51,208 bases of DNA, taken from the NCBI GenBank assembly GCA_964579855.1, contig CAZOIM010000005.1, positions 1 through 51,208 on the forward strand, given 5' to 3'. Numbering within the stretch: the stretch's first letter is position 1; every line of letters begins with the position of its first letter. The notes under the pieces are model-generated. The model worked only from the letters and a program-made list of their open reading frames with translations, did no database searches and was not told where the DNA came from. This document shows, piece by piece, positions 16,622-25,415 of the stretch. A program made the position numbers and the translations under genes. This DNA is from an uncultured Ignavibacteriaceae bacterium (GTDB lineage Bacteria; Bacteroidota; Ignavibacteria; UBA10030).

Positions 16622-17365
16622 ATGAATCGCAAAAGTGCATTTTTAATTCTTGTCGTGGCGAGCATTCTCTTGCTTAGCCCGGCATGGAGAACGCCCCAGG
16701 ACAAGGGGGATTTTCCCGCTACCGTGATCAAAGTCGTAAAAAGTGTTGACAAGAAATCGCCAGCAGCAGGTTGGCAAAAAGCATTACTTGCCGATCAACT
16801 TCATTCGGGATACTCGCTAAGAACAGAGAAGGGTTCCTTCGCGATGATCAAGTTTCCCGATGAAACCAAAATAATCGTGAGAGAGAATTCTATTGTGGAG
16901 GTCAAAGCCCAGGTTCAGGGCAAGCAGGTTCTTGATCGAAGCGTATTTATGACGAGGGGTAATGTTGCCTTTGATGTAAAGAAACAAGCGACTGAGCAAT
17001 TCCGTTTTTCATCGCCAGTATCTGTTGCGTCGATTCGTGGAACTCAGGGAGGATATGCTTGCGGTGCAGACAGTGTCGACCAGCTGATCATCAATGAAGG
17101 ACTGGCTACGCTGACGAACCTTCTGTCGCATCTTTCCCAAGATGTTTCCACGGGTCAGATTGGTATTTCTTATGGTAACGGCCATATTGATGTGCACAAT
17201 TCTTCCCATGACGAGCAACAACAGGGGGATATTGGAAACACGGGGCTTGGCGGACAGGGTGGAAACCAGGGACAGGGAGGTGCAAAGACCAAGAAACAGG
17301 TTCGCATCCCCGGTGAAGACAAAGACGGCCATCAGAAAACGATTATCTTTGAGTGGGAAGAATAG
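16622..17365 (+). CDS. FecR-domain-like periplasmic protein lacking the N-terminal cytoplasmic anti-sigma domain
   Basis: N-terminal signal/anchor MNRKSAFLILVVASILLLSPAW. The FecR-like core is W.KAL..D.L.SGYSLRTEKGSFAMIKFPDETKIIVRENSIVEV. Gly/Gln-rich low-complexity tail. GAGGAG Shine-Dalgarno. Confidence 0.6.
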   Translation: MNRKSAFLILVVASILLLSPAWRTPQDKGDFPATVIKVVKSVDKKSPAAGWQKALLADQLHSGYSLRTEKGSFAMIKFPDETKIIVRENSIVEVKAQVQGKQVLDRSVFMTRGNVAFDVKKQATEQFRFSSPVSVASIRGTQGGYACGADSVDQLIINEGLATLTNLLSHLSQDVSTGQIGISYGNGHIDVHNSSHDEQQQGDIGNTGLGGQGGNQGQGGAKTKKQVRIPGEDKDGHQKTIIFEWEE

Positions 17366-17422
17366 TCCTTAGATCGTTATCCGGACTAATCCTTGATTCC
17401 TTTTTTTACTTTCCCTACATTT

Positions 17423-17462
17423 CGGCGGCAAGAAAAAACAACTTCTTGTCGCCGTTTTTTTT
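17423..17462 (+). terminator. Intrinsic terminator after the FecR-like gene
   Basis: CGGCGGCAAGAA-aaaacaac-TTCTTGTCGCCG, a 12-bp stem with one G-U pair, followed by T8 (17455-17462). Confidence 0.75.
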
Positions 17463-17506
17463 GAACCTAAATCCACGTAATTCAATCCTATTGAACAGGT
17501 AGCGCC

Positions 17507-19984
17507 ATGAAATGCACCCGTATCACGAGTGTTCTCTTTTTGATGTTTATAGGGAGTTTGTCACTTGTGGCGCAACAAAGTGCTCCAAAAGTTCTGCGCG
17601 TCAATGCGCCAAGTGCAGTCGCAGGCAAGGCCCAACCGATAAGTGTGGAACTACAGCAGAATGCACAAGTGCGGAAATTGACGCTGCGCTTTCGTTCATT
17701 CGGTGAGACCTCTTTCCACGGAATGGAAATGCTTCTCTCGGGAAATGTTGCGACAGCCACCGTTCCGGCCGAAGCCATCCTTCCCCCCTACGTTGAGTAT
17801 TACTTCGAACTTCAATTGGATGCGGGAATTGAAACCTATCCCGTGGCAAATCCGGATGCTAATCCTTTACAGTTTACCGTGAAACCTGCGAACACGAAAG
17901 ACGCGGAAGTGCGATTCCTCTCGCCGGAACCTGGAGAAACGGTGGCTGCGGAAGATCTGGTTGTTGCCGTTTCGTTGTTCTATGCTTCCGATGCGGTCAA
18001 CCGGAAAGCAACGACCTTGTTCCTGGATGGTGCCAACGTTACATCGCAGGCAGTGTGGTCTGACGACGTCTTGCTCTATTCGCCGCAGAATTTCGGTATA
18101 CCGCTCAACCTCGGCGCTCACTTCGTCCGAGTAGAACTGAGAGACACATTGGGGAAACCGTATCATGCGGTTGAAGAAAGCTTCAATCTCTCAAGCGCGG
18201 CTGCGATTGCCGAGGTGAAAGCACGGTTGCAAACGGTGGGCAATGCGAGCGTGGAATATCGGGATGAAGCGCTAAGTTCGGGTACGACAACTTATATTCG
18301 CGGTGACGCCAGAATTGATAATTCCTACAAGTCCTACGGATTTGGCGGAAGTCTGCACCTCGACAACCAGGAGAAGAGCTCCCTGCAACCTCAGAACAGG
18401 TATCTTCTCTACGGTCAGAATGATTTTCTGCGTATCCAATATGGAGACGCTTTCCCTGTTTTTCCGAGCCTTATTCTCAGCGGAACGCGCGTCCGGGGTT
18501 TGACCGGCAATCTGGCACTTGGATTTTTCAATTTGGATGTTACCTACGGTCAAATTAACAGAAAGATAGAAGGGACTTACGACTCAACGTACACATATCC
18601 TTCGCAATCGGCAGCAGGTGGACGGCCTTCACAGACTGTCAGGGCGGGAAACGACTCGACATTCGATTTTTTTAACAGCGGCACATTTACGCGAAACCTC
18701 TTTGCGGTGAGGCCCAGTTTCGGCAGCGGAGAGAATTTTCAACTCGGGTTCACGTACATGCACGCAATCGACGATACAAATTCCGTACGATATGCTATAC
18801 AACCGCAGGAAAACGTCGTTTTTGGCACAGACCTGACGTTGGCGTTTGACGACCAACGGGTCAAGTTTCAAACCCAGGCGTCGATCGGTCTTGCCAACAC
18901 GAATATTTTTGGTGGCAATTTCACCGACCAGCAGCTCGATTCGCTTGCGATCAACGGAGGAGTCGACTTGAGAAAGGATCTCCCCGTCGCCATCAGCACG
19001 GTGGAAAAATTCATTACTGTCAATCAAAGCATTTTTCCTACGAATCCGATTCTGGATCAGAACAATAAACTGACAACGATTCCCGGGCTCTCGACAGAGG
19101 CAACTCTTACATTGAACTACTTCAATAATTTTCTCCGGACTCAGTTTTTCCGAAGAGGTGCCGGGTATCAGTCGTTTGGAAATCCGTACCTGCAAACAGA
19201 CATTCAGGGGTTTCAGGTGTCGGATTACATCCGCATGATAAGCAACAGGGTTTTCCTCAGTCTCTCGTATGAAGGAAAGAGTGACAATACGGCCTACACA
19301 AAAGCAGGGACAACGAGCTATTCGAACTTCAATAGCTCCGTAACCATGAATCTTGCCGCCAATATTCCCACGTTCCAGTTGGGATATGGCGTGTTCGGAA
19401 GAACCAGCAACCAGTTGATTATTCAGAACGTTTCAACTCCAGACTCGCTCACAAAGGCAGCGGATGAAGCGACAAACCGGTACTATTTTGGTGCCAACTA
19501 TGACTTCGTCGCAGGAATCCGGCACACATTAACCGCAAGCTTCAGCATCGCGGACAAAAAAGACAACACATTCTACAGGCGAAACCAATCAAACAGTTTT
19601 CTACAATTTGCATGGAATGGTCAGTTCAACATTCCTTTGCAAACTACGTTCAGCATTCTTTACAGCGGGAACAGCAACGATCAGGAACTGTTTAAACCGG
19701 ACACGACCTTCTCGGCACGGCTTGGTCCAGATAGCACGCTCATTACAACAAAGTTTAACTATACGGTGATTACGGTGGGTGGCCGGTATAGATTGTTGGG
19801 AGACAACTTACGGCTTGCGGCCTCTGTCAGTCCGCAGTTTGGTTCATTCAACAGAATAACGTATACGGCATCCGCGGATTACACAGTCGATCGGCACAAT
19901 TTTGCGCTTCAAATGAATTATTATCAGAATAAGGGCGTGGCTGATGACAAAATTTTGAGCCTGATATACCGATTCCTGTTCTAA
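17507..19984 (+). CDS. Large outer-membrane beta-barrel protein, function unknown
   Basis: Signal peptide MKCTRITSVLFLMFIGSLSLVAQQ. N-terminal Ig-like beta-rich region. The long C-terminal part has alternating aromatic/polar strands rich in Y/F/N/G. It ends ...LSLIYRFLF, with a terminal Phe. Confidence 0.6.
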   Translation: MKCTRITSVLFLMFIGSLSLVAQQSAPKVLRVNAPSAVAGKAQPISVELQQNAQVRKLTLRFRSFGETSFHGMEMLLSGNVATATVPAEAILPPYVEYYFELQLDAGIETYPVANPDANPLQFTVKPANTKDAEVRFLSPEPGETVAAEDLVVAVSLFYASDAVNRKATTLFLDGANVTSQAVWSDDVLLYSPQNFGIPLNLGAHFVRVELRDTLGKPYHAVEESFNLSSAAAIAEVKARLQTVGNASVEYRDEALSSGTTTYIRGDARIDNSYKSYGFGGSLHLDNQEKSSLQPQNRYLLYGQNDFLRIQYGDAFPVFPSLILSGTRVRGLTGNLALGFFNLDVTYGQINRKIEGTYDSTYTYPSQSAAGGRPSQTVRAGNDSTFDFFNSGTFTRNLFAVRPSFGSGENFQLGFTYMHAIDDTNSVRYAIQPQENVVFGTDLTLAFDDQRVKFQTQASIGLANTNIFGGNFTDQQLDSLAINGGVDLRKDLPVAISTVEKFITVNQSIFPTNPILDQNNKLTTIPGLSTEATLTLNYFNNFLRTQFFRRGAGYQSFGNPYLQTDIQGFQVSDYIRMISNRVFLSLSYEGKSDNTAYTKAGTTSYSNFNSSVTMNLAANIPTFQLGYGVFGRTSNQLIIQNVSTPDSLTKAADEATNRYYFGANYDFVAGIRHTLTASFSIADKKDNTFYRRNQSNSFLQFAWNGQFNIPLQTTFSILYSGNSNDQELFKPDTTFSARLGPDSTLITTKFNYTVITVGGRYRLLGDNLRLAASVSPQFGSFNRITYTASADYTVDRHNFALQMNYYQNKGVADDKILSLIYRFLF

Positions 19985-19996
19985 CGGTGACATAGT

Positions 19997-22207
19997 ATGG
20001 CCTCCTACGAATTCAAGAAAAAGACGCTGCCAACACTGATTCGAATCGGAATTGGATTGGGAATCGGTGCTATTGTTGTTCTGCTCACCCAGGGTATTGT
20101 CTTCGACAAAATCGCAATTCTCCAGAACATTGACCAACTCACCATTGACCTGCGTTATCAAAACCGGTACCAACAGTCGCAACCGCGTGATCTGAAGACT
20201 AATGGAAATGTTGTGATTGTGAGTATTTCTGACGAGGATCTGAAAGCTATGCCGCGCGCATTTCCTTTTCCCCGCAACTACTATGCGCACCTCATCGAAA
20301 ATCTGAATTCCGCGGGCGCCGCGATGATCGGACTCGACATAACTTTTGACACTCCTCGCGAGGGAGATACAGCACTCGCGGAAGTATTGCAGAAATACAA
20401 TAATGTTGTGCTTGCAGCAACAGTCCAGACTGGTGGATCGAATGAATATGTTGATGTTCGTTCACTGAAAGAAAACTATGGAAATGTGTTCTTTGAGACG
20501 AACAAGAAACAAATCGGTCTTAGCAACGTTATTTGGGACCGCGACCAGGTTGTGAGGAGATACATGCCCATGATGACTGCCGCGGAAAACCTCATTCCGA
20601 CTCTAGGTTTTGCGTGTCTAGACCGATACCTCAAGTTTCCGCCACTTACCCGTGTGAAAGATACCGACCAGGGATTCGTTCTGGCGAATCGGACGATTCC
20701 AAAGTACGATGCCACGAGCTTTATGCTCAACTATTATGGCCCGTCCAAATACGAAAATGGCTTCCGCTATATCCCCTTCGCCCAGGTAATCGACGACTCA
20801 ACCTTCAAGACAAAAGACGAGCTTGATTACGAAACCGACATCAATGCGTTTGACGAAGGAACGAAAAGCCTGATCAAAGGCAAGATTGTTCTTGTGGGAT
20901 CGGTCATGGCAGAAGAGCGCGACTATCACAACGTGCCCATTCCATCGATTGAAGGGGGGAAGAAGAACTACGCAATGAATGGTGTCGAGATCCATGCGAC
21001 CGCAATCCAAAATGTTCTCGACGGCAACTTCATCACGATCCTGGATCCGGGTCTTGAGATCGCCCTGATTCTCGGACTCTCGCTCATCACATTCTTTGGA
21101 CTTTGGAGATTCAGACAAATCAAGATGAGGCATGTTTGGATTCTGGAAATCGTTTCTTTCATCATCGTCCTTCTCATTGTCTTTGGCATTTTTGAACTGG
21201 CAATCGTACTCTTTTCCAGTTCGAGCGTGCTCATGAATATCGTAAACCCCAGTCTTGCTGTCGTCTTTGCCTATTTTGGAACCGCGGTTTATCAGTATCT
21301 TGCCGAACGTGAACAAAAGGCGATGATTAAAGGAGTCTTTGGACACTACCTGAATCCCGCCGTCGTCAATATCTTAGTCAATGAACCCGACAAGGCAAAA
21401 CTCGGCGGCGACCGGCGGGAACTCACCATCTTCTTCTCAGATATCGCGAGCTTCACGACGATTTCTGAGCACTTTCACAAGAACCCCGAAGGCTTGGTCG
21501 AGCTCCTGAACGAATACCTGGACGAAATGACTTCCATTGTCCTGAAATATGAAGGAACGCTGGACAAGTACGAGGGGGACGCAGTTATGGCATTTTGGGG
21601 CGCTCCGCTTCAGCAAAAAGATCATGCACTGCGTACTTGCTATGCCGCTCTCGATATGCAAAAGCGTCTCTCAGAATTGAGGCCAAAGTGGAAAAAAGAG
21701 GGAAAGCCGGAACTCGCCGCCCGCTGCGGAATCAACACCGGCATCGTGATTGTGGGTAACATGGGGGGGAAAGACCGGTTTGACTACACCGTTATTGGTG
21801 ACAGTGTGAACCTTGCTTCGAGGCTTGAAGGAGCAAACAAACAATATCAATCCCAGATCATGATCAGCGATTTTACCTTCAGTCATGTTAAAGGAAAAGT
21901 CGTGACTCGTGAATTAGACTTGATCCAGGTTAAGGGAAAGACCGAACCCGTAAAGGTATTTGAGTTGTTGGGCAAGACAGGAATGCCAATGACTGAAAAC
22001 CAAAAGCAGTCTCTTGAACTCTATCACGAAGGATTGAAACTGTATCGGGAACGGAAGTGGGAAGAGGCAATTGCGTATTTTCAACAAGCGTTTACGCTGG
22101 ACGAAACCTGCTATGTGGCCCAGATTTATACCCAACGCGCCAGTCTCTACCAGATCAATCCGCCGCCGGAGGATTGGAACGGTGTGTTCATCATGACGAC
22201 GAAGTGA
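19997..22207 (+). CDS. CHASE2-sensor class III adenylate/guanylate cyclase with a C-terminal TPR-like tail
   Basis: One N-terminal TM, a ~330-aa periplasmic region and three clustered TMs give CHASE2 topology. Cyclase catalytic motifs: LTIFFSDIASFTTISE, KYEGDAVMAFWGAP, RCGINTGIVIVGNMGG, DYTVIGDSVNLASRLE. The gene starts 12 nt after the OM barrel gene. Confidence 0.88.
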   Translation: MASYEFKKKTLPTLIRIGIGLGIGAIVVLLTQGIVFDKIAILQNIDQLTIDLRYQNRYQQSQPRDLKTNGNVVIVSISDEDLKAMPRAFPFPRNYYAHLIENLNSAGAAMIGLDITFDTPREGDTALAEVLQKYNNVVLAATVQTGGSNEYVDVRSLKENYGNVFFETNKKQIGLSNVIWDRDQVVRRYMPMMTAAENLIPTLGFACLDRYLKFPPLTRVKDTDQGFVLANRTIPKYDATSFMLNYYGPSKYENGFRYIPFAQVIDDSTFKTKDELDYETDINAFDEGTKSLIKGKIVLVGSVMAEERDYHNVPIPSIEGGKKNYAMNGVEIHATAIQNVLDGNFITILDPGLEIALILGLSLITFFGLWRFRQIKMRHVWILEIVSFIIVLLIVFGIFELAIVLFSSSSVLMNIVNPSLAVVFAYFGTAVYQYLAEREQKAMIKGVFGHYLNPAVVNILVNEPDKAKLGGDRRELTIFFSDIASFTTISEHFHKNPEGLVELLNEYLDEMTSIVLKYEGTLDKYEGDAVMAFWGAPLQQKDHALRTCYAALDMQKRLSELRPKWKKEGKPELAARCGINTGIVIVGNMGGKDRFDYTVIGDSVNLASRLEGANKQYQSQIMISDFTFSHVKGKVVTRELDLIQVKGKTEPVKVFELLGKTGMPMTENQKQSLELYHEGLKLYRERKWEEAIAYFQQAFTLDETCYVAQIYTQRASLYQINPPPEDWNGVFIMTTK

Positions 22208-22250
22208 GTTCGCCCAGTCTAGGATGTCGCTGTAAAATTCTTCGAACACA

Positions 22251-22280
22251 AAAAATCCCGTGAGCAATCACGGGATTTTT
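22251..22280. terminator. Bidirectional intrinsic terminator between convergent genes
   Basis: Perfect inverted repeat AAAAATCCCGTGA (22251-22263) / TCACGGGATTTTT (22268-22280) with loop GCAA. Confidence 0.85.
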
Positions 22281-22325
22281 AGTTCTACAAAAGTTTGAGA
22301 TCTCGTTTTCTGAAGATACTTCTCG

Positions 22326-23333
22326 CTATCGCGCCAGCTTCTCTTCCTGAAGAATGAACCGAAGCGAAATCCTGTGTGTATCCCCCAGGTCATCCTCTTG
22401 ACCGAAACGGGCGAATGAATAGTCAATGTCCAATTTCCGCAAATGTAGACCCGCGCCAAGGGTTAGCTGTTTCACATCGCTGTAACCAACTCTTAGTGCA
22501 ACCAACTTGTGATAATCAAACTCCAGCCCCTCGTGAGGATCAAGACTTATCGGTCCGACGTGGGCAATCGAAGCAAATTGTCTGTTTTCGAATCGGACAT
22601 CAACATCGCAAGTCGGTGCGAGCCTGCCGCCCAGGAAATCTATGAAATAGGCAGCACCGACTTTCACTGTCGGAGAAATCAGCTCCTTTGTCCCCGTACT
22701 CCAGGCAAGAAAAGTCGTAGTAATATCCTGAGCGTTCAGACCAATGGACAAATCCGTCAACGGTGAATAGAGTAGTCCGACATCGAATCCTACGCCCGTC
22801 GCCGAAAACTCGGCAATCGTTCGTCGGATCAGTTTGACGTTGACCCCGTATGAGAGATCCGATGAGTACCGCGAGGCATAAGAAACATAGAACGCCCAAT
22901 CCGCAGAGCTGAAATCCGTAATCTTGCTGTAGTCAAGCCGGTTGATACCATCCAGAACGCCGCTTCCACTGTAGTCGATCAACGCGTTGCGGGTATCGGG
23001 TATGCCATCGACACCCAACCGCATGATGCTTACACCAAAACTCTCGTCCTTGCCATAAGGGATGGCAACCGATGCATAATCATAGTTAATCAAACTGGCG
23101 AATCGTTCGTCGTGCATCAGCATCACTTCCGGGTACTCAATGCGAGCCAAACCTGCCGGATTCCAGTAACCAGCCGATGCGTCGCTCGCCAAGGCGACCT
23201 GCGCACTGCCAAGCCCCAAGGCTCTTCCACCAACACCAATTGCCATAAATTCTCCGGCATATTTGGCGATTGATTGGGACGTTGCAGTCTGCGCCGCGAC
23301 GAGAACCACAATGAACAGGAGAACTGTCTTCAC
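22326..23333 (-). CDS. PorV/PorQ-like outer-membrane beta-barrel (T9SS-associated family), putative
   Basis: Motif GVGGRALGLGSAQVALASDASAGYWNPAGLA is typical of this barrel family. GTG 23333, preceded by AGAGG, gives a normal signal peptide (VKTVLLFIVVLVAAQTATSQ). The longer ORF from ATG 23408 would place a perfect 10-bp palindrome plus U-tract inside the coding sequence. Confidence 0.55.
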   Translation of the reverse strand: MKTVLLFIVVLVAAQTATSQSIAKYAGEFMAIGVGGRALGLGSAQVALASDASAGYWNPAGLARIEYPEVMLMHDERFASLINYDYASVAIPYGKDESFGVSIMRLGVDGIPDTRNALIDYSGSGVLDGINRLDYSKITDFSSADWAFYVSYASRYSSDLSYGVNVKLIRRTIAEFSATGVGFDVGLLYSPLTDLSIGLNAQDITTTFLAWSTGTKELISPTVKVGAAYFIDFLGGRLAPTCDVDVRFENRQFASIAHVGPISLDPHEGLEFDYHKLVALRVGYSDVKQLTLGAGLHLRKLDIDYSFARFGQEDDLGDTHRISLRFILQEEKLAR

Positions 23334-23344
23334 AAAACCTCTAT

Positions 23345-23384
23345 AAAATGAAAAACCGAATTCATTCTTCAAGTATGAATTCGG
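23345..23384 (-). terminator. Intrinsic-terminator-like hairpin downstream of dnaX and immediately upstream of the PorV-like start
   Basis: On the minus strand: CCGAATTCAT-acuugaaga-AUGAAUUCGG, a perfect 10-bp stem (23356-23365 / 23375-23384), followed by UUUUUCAUUUU. Confidence 0.6.
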
Positions 23385-23509
23385 CAGTCTGTTGTGACGC
23401 TCTTTCATCTACCGACACCGTTCACACTTGATCAGAGTGCTGCTCTTGCACTAACAACATCAAACTCTCACAAGGCTCGGGGTCGATAGCTCCTTTAATT
23501 CTCTCTTAA

Positions 23510-23538
23510 ATAATACTATTCCTTCCCCGCAAATTCAA
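23510..23538 (-). promoter_or_regulatory. Candidate promoter in the dnaX / PorV-like intergenic region
   Basis: Minus strand reads TTGAAT (23538-23533), a 17-nt spacer, then TATTAT (23515-23510). It lies upstream of the terminator-like hairpin, so its transcript would have to read through that hairpin. Confidence 0.35.
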
Positions 23539-23546
23539 GTCCTTGT

Positions 23547-25364
23547 CTATTGGACTGGCTCAGCGCCAAGTTCTTTACGCAGGAGGCTTAGCAGGGGGTG
23601 TTCTTCGGCCAAGCTCTCCTTCTGTTTGCTGCTCGCGTTGGCAGGTATTGAATTGTTGTGCGGAACGGGAAGAGCTTGTCGTTGTGCCCCGGGTGCAATA
23701 ATGTTCAGAATGGGCTCAACATTCATCCTTATACCCAGCACAGTGTTGAGTGTCTCGGAGAGAAATTCCTTGTTGCGTTTGAGCATCGAAACGTGGTATT
23801 CGTCCGGACAACCGATCCGCATGGAACCTTGCACGCAGCCAACAAAATGGCTCTCTGTGAGCACCGTTCCAATCGCGATTTTCGACTTCGTGACTCCATC
23901 GACAAATTCCTGCCATCGTGCCTCAAGTTCCAGTGTTGATATCGAGGGTGCAGACAGGGCAACCGATTCAATCGGATGAAGAGCGGGCTTTTCGTAGCCG
24001 GGATCCCGCACTGCATACGTTGAAGGCGATGCAGCTGCACGTGTCAAATCGAGCGGTTGGTACGTTCTTGAGGGACTGACATAGGAAGCGCTTCGTAATG
24101 CTCCCGCACTTACGGTTCCGACAACTTTCATTTCAGAAATCGATCGGGGGGGTTGGGAAGCGTTTCCTGCAGAATGTACGTCGCGAGTGGCAGGCGTCAA
24201 CGGGAGGATGTGCGGAGTGCCGCTAAGCTTTTTTTTTAACTCATCAATGTGAGCAAGAAGTTCGTCGATCCGAACGGAGGATTCCATTTTGATCATCTGG
24301 AGCAGCGCGAGTTCCAGTTTATAGCGTGGTTGGGATACCCACCGAATAGACTGTTCGAGATCCTGATTGATTTTGATGAGGCGTAAAAGATCCTGCTCGC
24401 TGCATTCCTGGGCAAGGGTTTCATACCGTTTCCGATAGACTTCCGAGGTTTCGATGAGTTGCGTAGATCCCGTAGACTTGGCAACGAGGATATTGCGAAA
24501 ATGCTCTGCAAGACCGCCAACGAATTCCCGTAAATCGTGACCACTTTGCATGAGCTCATCTATAATCTCTATACCCCCACGAACATTCTTCTCTTTGATC
24601 AGCGCGGATACTTTGAAGAACTGTTCCTGATCGACGGCATTGAGCACCATAAGCACATCGGCCACTTTGATCTCGTTACCGCAATAGGACCGGACCTGAT
24701 CAAAGATACTCTGCGCGTCCCGCATCGAACCATCCCCCTTTTTCGCTATGACGGTGAGCGCTCCTTCGTCGATGGTTACCTTTTCTTCGCTCGCGATGAA
24801 TTTGAGCCGTCCGATGATCTCTTCTATGGAGATTCTTCGAAAATCGAATCTTTGGCAACGGGAGAGGATTGTCATCGGAACCTTGTGGACTTCCGTCGTT
24901 GCGAAAATGAATATGACGTGGGATGGAGGTTCTTCAAGGGTCTTCAATAGTGCATTGAATGCCTCCTTGGTGAGCATATGCACTTCGTCGATAATGTAAA
25001 CTTTGTATTTCCCGTGTGTCGGAGTATACCGGACGGATTCACGAAGATTGCGGATTTCTTCTACGCCTCTGTTGGATGCGCCGTCGATTTCAATGACGTC
25101 GAGACTTCTTCCGGATGTAATTTCCAGACAATGTTCGCACGTATTGTCCGGATTATTCTCGATCGGCGAAAGACAGTTGAGTGCTTTTGCGAGAATGCGC
25201 GCAGTTGTCGTTTTGCCGCAACCTCGCGTTCCGCTGAAAATATACGCGTGTGCAACGCGATTGGTCGCGATGGCATTACGGAGAGTGTTGGTAACGTGGG
25301 ATTGACCGATGACATCTTCAAAAACCATCGGTCGCCACTTGCGGGCAGTAACCTGGTAACTCAT
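23547..25364 (-). CDS. dnaX: DNA polymerase III subunit tau/gamma
   Basis: AAA+ clamp-loader motifs: FSGTRGCGKTTTARILAKALNC (Walker A), a zinc module C..C, YIIDEVHMLT (Walker B), SRC motif TILSRCQRFDF. A variable Pro/Ser-rich C-terminal tau region follows. Confidence 0.95.
   Translation of the reverse strand: MSYQVTARKWRPMVFEDVIGQSHVTNTLRNAIATNRVAHAYIFSGTRGCGKTTTARILAKALNCLSPIENNPDNTCEHCLEITSGRSLDVIEIDGASNRGVEEIRNLRESVRYTPTHGKYKVYIIDEVHMLTKEAFNALLKTLEEPPSHVIFIFATTEVHKVPMTILSRCQRFDFRRISIEEIIGRLKFIASEEKVTIDEGALTVIAKKGDGSMRDAQSIFDQVRSYCGNEIKVADVLMVLNAVDQEQFFKVSALIKEKNVRGGIEIIDELMQSGHDLREFVGGLAEHFRNILVAKSTGSTQLIETSEVYRKRYETLAQECSEQDLLRLIKINQDLEQSIRWVSQPRYKLELALLQMIKMESSVRIDELLAHIDELKKKLSGTPHILPLTPATRDVHSAGNASQPPRSISEMKVVGTVSAGALRSASYVSPSRTYQPLDLTRAAASPSTYAVRDPGYEKPALHPIESVALSAPSISTLELEARWQEFVDGVTKSKIAIGTVLTESHFVGCVQGSMRIGCPDEYHVSMLKRNKEFLSETLNTVLGIRMNVEPILNIIAPGAQRQALPVPHNNSIPANASSKQKESLAEEHPLLSLLRKELGAEPVQ
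24223..24239 (-). other. dnaX: Candidate dnaX recoding (frameshift or transcriptional slippage) site: A9 run containing A AAA AAG
   Basis: Codons 376-381 read TTA AAA AAA AAG CTT AGC. The T9 run on the + strand is 24229-24237. The -1 frame after the heptamer reads GCT TAG, giving a stop after one extra residue. Confidence 0.45.
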
Positions 25365-25415
25365 ACGGCTGGAATGTAAGAAGAAAAAGTCAAATAGTGA
25401 ATTGCATTTGTCACA

